Shown here piece by piece: positions 38,171-46,076 of a DNA stretch of 64,000 nt. The stretch is taken from contig JBBTVD010000009.1 of assembly GCA_038063415.1 (NCBI GenBank), forward strand, positions 15,430 to 79,429, read 5' to 3'. The notes below the pieces were generated by a model, which did not search any database, had not been told where the DNA came from, and was given only the letters and a program-made list of their open reading frames with translations. This stretch comes from Patescibacteria group bacterium (GTDB lineage: Bacteria; Patescibacteriota; Microgenomatia; Levybacterales; UBA12049). Position 1 is the stretch's first letter; every line of letters starts with the position of its first letter. A program made the position numbers and the translations under genes.

Positions 38171-39259
38171 CTATCGCTTTTTGTTCCAATCCCCTGTTTG
38201 CTTATTTAACAGTGCAAAGATTGAGGTCGTACGGATATCGTTGCTACCAAAAATATATTGCAGAACCCGATCATTTCCCATGCCATAGCCTGCATGAGGG
38301 TTTGTTGCCTTCTGTTTCATGATATCGAGATACCATCCAAAATCTTCGTATTTTCCTCCTCTTTGTAGATGCAGCTTATACATGGTTGAGGTGATCAATC
38401 GTTCATTGAGACGTTCAAAATCATGTTCTCTTACCGAAGAGCCAGTCCCCTCCCCTGCGTAGGGAAAGATAAGATCTGCCGAGAGACAGACACGGTTATC
38501 TTTGCTCGAGACTTTCATATTGAAAAACTTTATTTCTTTTGGATATTTCATAATAAAGACAGGAAGTTCAGTTTCTCCTTGGTTCAGGAGTTCGACAATT
38601 TTTGCTTCATGATCAGCTTTGAGGTCATCACCAAATGTCACTTTGGGAAATCCGTTTTTATTTACTAGTGCTACTGCATCTTCATAGCTGATTCTTAAGA
38701 AATCATGTGTTGCCATCTGGTGTAGTTTTTTTGTGTTTCTCTTATATATCTTTTTGAGCGTCGTTTCGTTATCTGCCAGTACTTTTTTGACCATTGCTTG
38801 TGCTGTCCCTTGGATTGCCTGCAAGAGGGCTTCGTACATCTTGTCTTCGTCATAAGCATCACGGGTCATCCCAATCATTGTACAGTCAAACTCTTCCTCG
38901 GTAAGGCGAAATTGTCTCAAATGGCGTACATCTTCCGCTTCTTCATCTCGTCCCGAGTGAATAATTGTCCAGCAGCCAGGGAAAGATTGTAATGCTTGTT
39001 CGAGTGCAAGCTGTCCTGTTTGGGTAAAGAAGAGTGGTAGACCCAGATTATTGCCTATCTTAAAAAGAGTGTCGACATTTTCACATGCACCAGTTATACC
39101 CACAATTTCCGGAACCTCGCAATAGGTCATACCTCGTGATTCATAATTTCTCGTGGCTCCCTGTACCAGTGACTGATTTATTTTGACCAAATGAGCAAAG
39201 TGCTCTTTATAGCCGAGTGTCATTCTTTTTCCTTCAATGGAGAGCTGTAAATCTTTCAT
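38171..39259 (-). CDS. standalone class-II aminoacyl-tRNA-synthetase-like catalytic core (AsnRS/AspRS-like; candidate archaeal-type asparagine synthetase A)
   Basis: 362 aa. Motif-2-like RHLRQFRLTEEEFDCTMIGM and motif-3-like GYGMGNDRVLQYIFG, plus the AGEGTGSSVREHD block. No anticodon-binding domain. Confidence 0.45.
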   Translation of the reverse strand: MKDLQLSIEGKRMTLGYKEHFAHLVKINQSLVQGATRNYESRGMTYCEVPEIVGITGACENVDTLFKIGNNLGLPLFFTQTGQLALEQALQSFPGCWTIIHSGRDEEAEDVRHLRQFRLTEEEFDCTMIGMTRDAYDEDKMYEALLQAIQGTAQAMVKKVLADNETTLKKIYKRNTKKLHQMATHDFLRISYEDAVALVNKNGFPKVTFGDDLKADHEAKIVELLNQGETELPVFIMKYPKEIKFFNMKVSSKDNRVCLSADLIFPYAGEGTGSSVREHDFERLNERLITSTMYKLHLQRGGKYEDFGWYLDIMKQKATNPHAGYGMGNDRVLQYIFGSNDIRTTSIFALLNKQTGDWNKKR

Positions 39260-39415
39260 TTATCTTTATTTAAAGTAATAATATAAGAAAAATGAGGCAT
39301 TGTCAAGAGATAAAAAGATCATTTTCTAATAATTTATACCATTTTTATAAAAAAGTTGAATCTATGAAATGTGCTTGCATAAATTTTTGTATGAATCTAT
39401 ACTAATAAGTAGAAA

Positions 39416-40396
39416 ATGGTAAACAAAGTCCCTTATTTAGATCTAAAAGCAGAAATTCTTCAGAAAATAAAGAAAAATGGTGGTTGGGTAAATGCCCATG
39501 CACATCTTGATCGTGCATATAGTCTCACGAAAGAAACATATCACTTTACAAGTGCTACTCTTCAAGAAAAGTGGGATCTCAATGACGAATTAAAATTAAA
39601 TTCGTCTGTGGATGCTATCTATGATCGGATGGCTCAAGGCGTTGAGCGAATGCTTGAACAAGGAGTTAGCGCAATTGGGACTTTTATCGATGTGGATGAC
39701 AAAATAGAAGATAAGGCTATTAAGGCGGCACAAAAAATACGTGATAGATATAAAAATGACCTGCAAATAAAATATATCAATCAAGTTCATTATGGTGTTC
39801 TTGAACCTGAACCTCGAAAATGGTTCGATCTTGGCGCCGAATTTGTTGATATTATCGGTGGCTTACCTGAGCGCGATAAAGGGAAAGAGTCCGAACATAT
39901 TGATATTCTTCTTCAGACAGCTAAACGCCTCAATAAGATGGCTCATGTTCATATTGATCAATTCAATGATCCAGAACAACATGACACTGAATTATTAGCA
40001 AAGAAAACAATTGAACACAATATGCAAGGAAAGGTTGTTGGCATTCATGGGATATCTATTGCTGCGCAAGAAAAAAAATATCGTCAGGATCTTTATAAAA
40101 TGATGAAAAAAGCAGATCTTATGATGATTGCCTGTCCTCTTGGATGGATTGATACACGACGTAACGAAGTACTTATGCCTTTCCATAACGCGTTAACGCC
40201 TGTTGATGAATTAATTCCTGCAGGTATTACAGTTGCTTTGGGAACTGATAATATCATAGATATTTATAAACCATTTATTAATGGAAGCATGTGGGAAGAG
40301 TTGCATGCCCTTTTGGAATCTGCACATTTTTATGATGTTGATGAGCTTGTTAACGTTGCGACGGTAAATGGACGAAAAGCGTTAGGGATTAAATAA
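39416..40396 (+). CDS. amidohydrolase-superfamily protein, cytosine deaminase-like
   Basis: 326 aa. Metal ligands at VNAHAHLD, HVHIDQ and ALGTDNI resemble the E. coli CodA HIHLD / HCDE / GHDD arrangement. Confidence 0.55.
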   Translation: MVNKVPYLDLKAEILQKIKKNGGWVNAHAHLDRAYSLTKETYHFTSATLQEKWDLNDELKLNSSVDAIYDRMAQGVERMLEQGVSAIGTFIDVDDKIEDKAIKAAQKIRDRYKNDLQIKYINQVHYGVLEPEPRKWFDLGAEFVDIIGGLPERDKGKESEHIDILLQTAKRLNKMAHVHIDQFNDPEQHDTELLAKKTIEHNMQGKVVGIHGISIAAQEKKYRQDLYKMMKKADLMMIACPLGWIDTRRNEVLMPFHNALTPVDELIPAGITVALGTDNIIDIYKPFINGSMWEELHALLESAHFYDVDELVNVATVNGRKALGIK

Positions 40397-40530
40397 ATTT
40401 ATTCACTCTTTAAAGAGATAACAGACCTTATCTCTAACTTTCAATTGGCTAATTTCTTTCTCAGAACGAGGGCATGGTACTCATAAAGTCAGATTATCAG
40501 ATTTTCTGATTATCGTCAAGAGCAGATGCG

Positions 40531-41346
40531 CTACTCTCTCATTTCAAGTATGTTAGTCAGACAGTTGATTCCTCCACCCGATTTCTTAAACTCCGATAGA
40601 TCTACTTCAATGCTCTCATATCCCAATGCTGCAAGTTTGTTCCCAAAGGTAGGGTTTCCTTTTTGCCTCACAACTGTTTTTCCTGTGACAATACTGTTGG
40701 CAGAAAACCCTTCCGTTTCTTTTCTTGTGAGAGGTATAAAATTGGGCACAATATTCTTCAGAAGTTTCTGACTTTCTGGAATATAGGCATCAGGCGAGAA
40801 GAAGATTGTTTGATCATCGAGTGGGAAGAAACCGATATCAAAATGATAAAACGCTGGAGCTCTCGTATGTAACTGGACAACTTCAATATCCGGGAAGAGC
40901 TTCTGGAGGTATCGACAAACCGGTACATCCGTACGATAGCCGATAGCGACAAACAATTTATCATTCCAAAAATGCATTGTCCCATTTCCTTCAAAATAAA
41001 GCTCCTGGGGAAGCTGTACGATCTCAAAGCCATGATTTTTATACCATTCCGCATAAAACGGTGTTTCTCCCTGGCGCTCTTTGTATCGGAATCGACTCAG
41101 GAGCACGTTGTTGCCAAAGATAAGGCTCTGGTCTGTTGAAAAAACCATATCTGGTAATCCCTTCACCTGGTTAATAATTTCTACTGTTATGCCTAGGTCT
41201 TTATACACTTGTACTAAGTTCTCCCATTGCTTCAGTGCTTTTTTTGGGTTAATACTCGCAGTTTGCATCCATGGATTGATAATATAATCAAACGAGGAGA
41301 AGTAGAGGGGTCTACACATGAGAACACGCTTAATAACGCTCTGCAT
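40531..41346 (-). CDS. amidinotransferase-superfamily enzyme, dimethylarginine dimethylaminohydrolase (DDAH)-like
   Basis: 271 aa. The C-terminal SGGGINCLT carries the catalytic Cys of DDAH/arginine-deiminase-type enzymes. Confidence 0.6.
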   Translation of the reverse strand: MQSVIKRVLMCRPLYFSSFDYIINPWMQTASINPKKALKQWENLVQVYKDLGITVEIINQVKGLPDMVFSTDQSLIFGNNVLLSRFRYKERQGETPFYAEWYKNHGFEIVQLPQELYFEGNGTMHFWNDKLFVAIGYRTDVPVCRYLQKLFPDIEVVQLHTRAPAFYHFDIGFFPLDDQTIFFSPDAYIPESQKLLKNIVPNFIPLTRKETEGFSANSIVTGKTVVRQKGNPTFGNKLAALGYESIEVDLSEFKKSGGGINCLTNILEMRE

Positions 41347-41391
41347 AATATTGTCTTTATTGTACTACGAAGCCTGCATAAGAGCAATAGG

Positions 41392-42207
41392 TTACTCAAC
41401 AGTTTCTTTGAGTACATTGGTCAGACAATGGGCACCACCGCCTGATTTAATAAACTCTCCAACGTCCACTGGTACTGTTTTGTACCCTAATGTCTGTAAT
41501 TTTTTCTCAAGGGTGTGATTTCCTTTTTGTAAGACAACATGATGATCAGTTATGACACTGTTCCCTCCAAATCCCAGCACCTCTTCTTGGCTAAATTCCA
41601 ATAGATTTGGGATTTTCTTTTGTAAGATCTTTTGTGTTTCCAGGGTATAGGCATGTGGGTAATAAAAAACGGTCTGATTATTGAGGGGAAGCATCGCAAC
41701 GTCCAAATGATAATACCTTGGATCAGTAATCTGGAGTGGGATTACTTCCCGGTCAAAAATCTTTTGTAAGGTCGGAATTGTCTCGTCACTACTTCGATAC
41801 CCTACACCGAGGAAAATAAGGTCATTCCAAAAATACATTTCCCCATTGCCTTCAAAAAAGACGTTCTCTGGTAAGTAGTGGATCTTGTAGTCATTGTCCG
41901 AGAACCATGCTTCATAGTATTTGCTCTCCCCTCTCCTCTCTCGGTGACGGAAGCGACTAAGCAGCACTTTCTTATCCTGCACAATTCCTTGATCTGCCGC
42001 AAATACCATGTCAGGCACGTCTTCTCCTTGTTCAATAGTATTCACTTCAATACCAAGCTTTTTATAGACTTGCACCAGATGCTTCCATTGTTTCATAGCT
42101 ACTTCCGTATCTGCTGTCCCTGGTTTCATCCAGGGATTGATGACGTAATCTACTGAAAAATAAGTAGGCCGACAGACGAGCACTTTTTTTATAAGTTTAT
42201 TTTTCAT
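41392..42207 (-). CDS. second DDAH-like amidinotransferase (tandem paralog)
   Basis: 272 aa from MKNKLIKKVLVCRP. It is collinear with the 40531-41346 product (VLVCRPTYFSVDYVINPWM vs VLMCRPLYFSSFDYIINPWM; SGGGAHCLT vs SGGGINCLT). The track ORF's longer N-terminal extension runs into argG and is rejected. Confidence 0.6.
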   Translation of the reverse strand: MKNKLIKKVLVCRPTYFSVDYVINPWMKPGTADTEVAMKQWKHLVQVYKKLGIEVNTIEQGEDVPDMVFAADQGIVQDKKVLLSRFRHRERRGESKYYEAWFSDNDYKIHYLPENVFFEGNGEMYFWNDLIFLGVGYRSSDETIPTLQKIFDREVIPLQITDPRYYHLDVAMLPLNNQTVFYYPHAYTLETQKILQKKIPNLLEFSQEEVLGFGGNSVITDHHVVLQKGNHTLEKKLQTLGYKTVPVDVGEFIKSGGGAHCLTNVLKETVE

Positions 42208-42235
42208 AATGAAAGAATATAATTCTGTGTAGTAA

Positions 42236-43876
42236 CTACACTGTTGCTTTTTGCAGTTTCTCGATGAAGGCTGTCGCAAGGTGAACACTCGTAAAAATTG
42301 GCACATTGTGTTCAACTGCTTTCTGTCTGATAATTTTCCCGTCTGTTTGGGTGACTTCCTTTTCCATAGGGATGTTAATAATAAGATCGAATCTATTGGA
42401 GTCGAGTAGATCTCCAAGGTTTGGCTTAAGTTGCGGCTGAGAAATCTTATGAACCAGAATCGTTTCAAGACCATTGGTCTTAAGGAATTTATGATTCTTG
42501 TAGGTAGCATAGATTTTGTAACCCATGTCATGCAATTTCTTAATTGAAGGAAGCAATTTAACTTTGTTTTCTCTCTTTCCGATTGAAATAAGAGCTGTCT
42601 TCTCTGACCGTTGGGCAAGTTTCATCGACAAGGTATAGTGTTCTATGAAGCCTGCTGATGCATTTTGATTCAGTCCCTCTGATACCATAAAGGTTGCCAG
42701 TTTTTCTTCAAAGATAGTGTTTGGTGTCTCAAGCGCCATAACCTGGGCCATGCCTTTGTAGAGTTGTACTGTTACTTTACCGGTTACTTTTTTATTGACG
42801 TTATCAATAAAGGCGTTTAAATCATGCATTAATGGCTCATACCAGAGTGCTCCATAGCAGAGGTATGCCCATTTTTGATCGACTGTTGCTTTAAATTCAT
42901 TTTCTGTTCTGGTACAGACATAGTGTTCGAGTTTTTCATGAGCAGTAATGATGATCTCGGCAGCCGGAGCTTCAAAAACATCACGAATTTTCATACCAAT
43001 AATTCTATCTTCGATGTGCACGTTCGTCCCTACTCCATGTTTTGCACCAATTTTGTTGAGTTCCATAATAAGATCCGCAAGTTTCATTTGCTTCCCATTA
43101 AGGCTAACGGGTACTCCTTTAACAAATTCAAGATGTACCATTTCTGCTTTATCAGGTGCGTCTTGTGGTAGTTTATTTACGACAAGAATTTTCTCTAGCG
43201 GTGGGATAAGTGCTGGATTTTCGATTTCTCCTCCTTCTCCTGATGTTCCCCACATGTTGTCATCATATGAGTAAGGCTTTTCACTCGTGTGACTGACTGG
43301 GATACCATTCTCTTTGGCATAAGCTAATTCTTCTGTCCTCCCCATGCTCCACTCTCGGACTGGAGCAATAATCTTGATGTCTGGATTAAGGGCAAGGGCT
43401 GAACCTTCAATACGGATCTGGTCATTGCCTCGTCCTGTGCAGCCGTGTGCAATAGCATCTGCTCCTTCTTGTGCAGCGATTTTGACTGCCCATTTGGCAA
43501 GGAGTGGTCGTCCTATTGCTGTTGCGAGACGATAGCGGTGTTGGTAGTTTGCGTTTGCCTTAATGCCTTTTGCGATATATTCTTCAGCAAATTCATCTTT
43601 GGCATCGATAACATACGTTTTGACTGCACCAAGTTTGATAGCTTTTGCTTTGATTTCATCAAGATCATCAACAATTTGTCCAATATCGATTGTGAGGGCA
43701 ATAACTTCTGCTTTATATTCGTCTTGGATCCATTTGAGCATAACTGAGGTATCCAAACCTCCGGAGTATAAGAGGACAACTTTTTTAACTTCACCTTTTT
43801 TGCCTTCGTAACTTGCAACCTTTGTATATGTTGATTTTTTATCCATACAGGTGTCTGTATAAGAAAAGTGAGTCAT
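42236..43876 (-). CDS. argG: argininosuccinate synthase fused to a C-terminal MGS-like (CarB allosteric-domain-like) domain
   Basis: The N-terminal approx 400 aa is ArgG (VVLLYSGGLDTSV, full-length conservation). The C-terminal approx 130 aa (ALISIGKRENK...GYKIYATYKNHKFL...FDLIINIP...DGKIIRQKAVEHNVPIFTS...) matches the methylglyoxal-synthase-like domain pattern of the CarB C-terminus. The probable start is MDKKS at 43846. Confidence 0.75.
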   Translation of the reverse strand: MTHFSYTDTCMDKKSTYTKVASYEGKKGEVKKVVLLYSGGLDTSVMLKWIQDEYKAEVIALTIDIGQIVDDLDEIKAKAIKLGAVKTYVIDAKDEFAEEYIAKGIKANANYQHRYRLATAIGRPLLAKWAVKIAAQEGADAIAHGCTGRGNDQIRIEGSALALNPDIKIIAPVREWSMGRTEELAYAKENGIPVSHTSEKPYSYDDNMWGTSGEGGEIENPALIPPLEKILVVNKLPQDAPDKAEMVHLEFVKGVPVSLNGKQMKLADLIMELNKIGAKHGVGTNVHIEDRIIGMKIRDVFEAPAAEIIITAHEKLEHYVCTRTENEFKATVDQKWAYLCYGALWYEPLMHDLNAFIDNVNKKVTGKVTVQLYKGMAQVMALETPNTIFEEKLATFMVSEGLNQNASAGFIEHYTLSMKLAQRSEKTALISIGKRENKVKLLPSIKKLHDMGYKIYATYKNHKFLKTNGLETILVHKISQPQLKPNLGDLLDSNRFDLIINIPMEKEVTQTDGKIIRQKAVEHNVPIFTSVHLATAFIEKLQKATV

Positions 43877-44169
43877 TTAATTATATTTTGACTCATTTTT
43901 CTCTTATCTAGACCATATTAGTTATAAAATGAATATTTGTCAACAGGCAGTTTGGGCATTTTATACTAAGTTATCTTATTTTTACCCAAATATTAAACTA
44001 AATTGAGGTGAAAAGAGTCATTTTTTATTAATTAAGGTTAATTTTATCTCTTTTGTTCTCTCTGATTAATTCCCTTCGATAGGAGAAGTCATTGTTAAAA
44101 ATGAACCAGTTTCTTTACGAGTTATGTTGTGTATTTTATCAAATTTAAAAATCGGTGATTTTCCGCTTC

Positions 44170-44199
44170 TTGACACCTTCTTCACGGTTTTGCTACGCT
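44170..44199 (+). promoter_or_regulatory. candidate sigma70-like promoter (TTGACA -35, 18-bp spacer, TACGCT -10) upstream of the Cys-rich protein operon
   Basis: A perfect -35 hexamer at 44170-44175 and a weak -10 at 44194-44199, inside a 340-bp AT-rich intergenic region. Confidence 0.25.
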
Positions 44200-44215
44200 G
44201 AATAAGTACCGCTCT

Positions 44216-45334
44216 ATGAAGCATCATCCTACCCATCATCATAAAAAGAAAGAACGTAGACCCTTAGTCTACTTCCTTCTCTTTCTTCTCATTCCAGTTC
44301 TGGCTATTACACTTTTTGTCATGCAGGAGCCGCAGGATGTCAGACAACGAGCTGCTGAACCTATTGCTGGATGTGGAAAGCCGGGAGACCCAGGGAACGA
44401 AAAAGGCGTAGGAAAATACTGTAATAGTTCGGTAGATTGTTTAGGTTCGGGGTCGCCGATTTGTTCCGCAGATATACGGCCAGATGATCCGCATATTTGT
44501 TCAAAACCTTGTAGTACAGATGCCGATTGTGGCAGTGGAGCTGTTTGTTATCAGGATGTACTGGGTAAAGGGTGTAAGCCTGTTGCCTGTGATGCTCCTG
44601 TTCCGACAGCGACAACACAGCCAACTGCTACCAAAGCTCCTACTGCAACTACTGCACCGAGTGCTACCAATAGGCCGACAATGACGACTGCACCTTCAGT
44701 AACAAAAGCACCTACAGTTGCTGCTTCGATAACCATTGCTCCAAGTGTCACGCAAACACCTACACAAACAGTCACAGTCTCTCCTACGTTAAGTCCAAGT
44801 GCCACAACGCTATCTCTGTCAGTACTTCTTCATGGTATCGGTTCTGGGGGAGATAGTGTCAATATCTCCAGTGCCTTGAGTAACAAGTCACCCAAGCGAA
44901 CAGATCGCTTGTTTACGGTAACTGTATTTACTGGAGCCAATCAGATTGTGAGCAACAAGACTGTTCCTCTAACGTATAATACAGATACTGGTGCCTACGA
45001 AGGCATTGTGAATCTTGGAGACACCTGGTTGGGATCTAGTTATAGTCTCAAGATCAAGACAGAAAGCTTTTTGGATAATGTCCAGACAAACTTTGCTATT
45101 CCTGCCAAAAAGAAAACGGATGTTCCTGAGGTGATCTTGGTTGTGGGAGATGTCAATGGAGATAATATGTTAAATACGCTTGATTATAATTTGATTACCG
45201 GTTGCTTTAGTGAGTTTGCCACGGCTGCTTCCTGTTCCGAGAGCCAACTCGTTGCCTCAGATCTCAACGATGATGGTGTCGTGAATCGTGTCGATTATAA
45301 TCTTTTTCTACGGGAGATAAGTGCGCAGAATTAG
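44216..45334 (+). CDS. secreted Cys-rich protein (8-Cys domain), T/P/A-rich linker, C-terminal dockerin-like pair of Ca-binding repeats
   Basis: 372 aa. Basic N-terminus plus hydrophobic anchor, then an 8-Cys module (CGKPGDPGNEKGVGKYC...CSAD...ICSKPCS..DCGSGAVC...LGKGCKPVAC). The C-terminal GDVNGDNMLNTLDYNLI and DLNDDGVVNRVDYNLFL fit dockerin type-I D-x-N-x-D-G-x-x-N-x-x-D repeats. Confidence 0.55.
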   Translation: MKHHPTHHHKKKERRPLVYFLLFLLIPVLAITLFVMQEPQDVRQRAAEPIAGCGKPGDPGNEKGVGKYCNSSVDCLGSGSPICSADIRPDDPHICSKPCSTDADCGSGAVCYQDVLGKGCKPVACDAPVPTATTQPTATKAPTATTAPSATNRPTMTTAPSVTKAPTVAASITIAPSVTQTPTQTVTVSPTLSPSATTLSLSVLLHGIGSGGDSVNISSALSNKSPKRTDRLFTVTVFTGANQIVSNKTVPLTYNTDTGAYEGIVNLGDTWLGSSYSLKIKTESFLDNVQTNFAIPAKKKTDVPEVILVVGDVNGDNMLNTLDYNLITGCFSEFATAASCSESQLVASDLNDDGVVNRVDYNLFLREISAQN

Positions 45335-45398
45335 CTGATATGATATATTGACTTGCTATAAAATTTTCTGCTACGCTTAAAAAGTTATATCCTTAGTT

Positions 45399-46076
45399 AT
45401 GAAAGTAAAAAAGAAAAAAGTTCAGATAAAAAAGAAACAGGTTTCTCGGAAACTGCTGTGGTTTTTTGTCCTGATACCCGCTCTGCTGCTTACCGTCGTT
45501 GCTCTACAATCGCCACAAATAGTTAAACAAGAGGCAGCAACAAGCGGAATTACCACCTGTGGAGGTTCAGGTGAGCCTGGAAACGAAAAAGGAGTCGGAA
45601 AAGCTTGCACTAAGGGTGGCGGAGAATGCGGTGGTGATGCCCCTTTTTGCTCGGCAGATTTTGTCGATGGTCCAGGGGTATGTTCAAAGCCTTGTTCTAA
45701 CAATAATGAATGTGGAACGGGAGCAAAATGTGTACAACAAAGTCTTGGCAAAGGCTGCGAGCCAGTAGTCTGCGCAGAGGAAGCACAGCCAACTGATTTT
45801 GTTCCCAGTGCACAATGTCTGGGTACTTCCTGTGAGGAAAATGATGCTGAAGAAGAGGAAGGAGATAGCGAAGATACTGAAACAGATAATGAAGCGACAG
45901 ATTCTGCGGAAGAAGATCCTGATGAAAACGGCGACAATCAAAATAATGATGAAGAAAATGATAACCAAGGAGATAATGATGGTGGAGGCAATGAAGATGC
46001 AAAGGGATTGTTCTTCAGAATTCTTGAACTTATTAGCCAGCTATTGGAACTCTTCATTGGGTGGTTACAGAAATAA
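45399..46076 (+). CDS. secreted Cys-rich paralog (same 8-Cys domain) with poly-acidic D/E/N-rich C-terminal tail
   Basis: 225 aa. Signal anchor, then CGGSGEPGNEKGVGKAC...CSAD...VCSKPCS..ECGTGAKC...LGKGCEPVVC, collinear with the upstream protein. The tail is EENDAEEEEGDSEDTETDNE... Confidence 0.5.
   Translation: MKVKKKKVQIKKKQVSRKLLWFFVLIPALLLTVVALQSPQIVKQEAATSGITTCGGSGEPGNEKGVGKACTKGGGECGGDAPFCSADFVDGPGVCSKPCSNNNECGTGAKCVQQSLGKGCEPVVCAEEAQPTDFVPSAQCLGTSCEENDAEEEEGDSEDTETDNEATDSAEEDPDENGDNQNNDEENDNQGDNDGGGNEDAKGLFFRILELISQLLELFIGWLQK

Noticed and set aside
42207-42618. N-terminal 137-aa extension of the track ORF 41392-42618, overlapping the 3-prime end of argG
   Set aside because: The extension has non-protein-like composition and overlaps argG on the same strand in another frame. 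The conserved DDAH-like domain begins at MKNKLIKKVLVCRP (42207), mirroring the start of its tandem paralog.
44361-44805. Antisense and alternate-frame ORFs (87, 66, 84 aa) within the T/P/A-rich linker region of the Cys-rich protein gene
   Set aside because: Low-complexity coding sequence generates long open frames in several phases. The sense-frame protein has clear domain structure, so these are artefacts.
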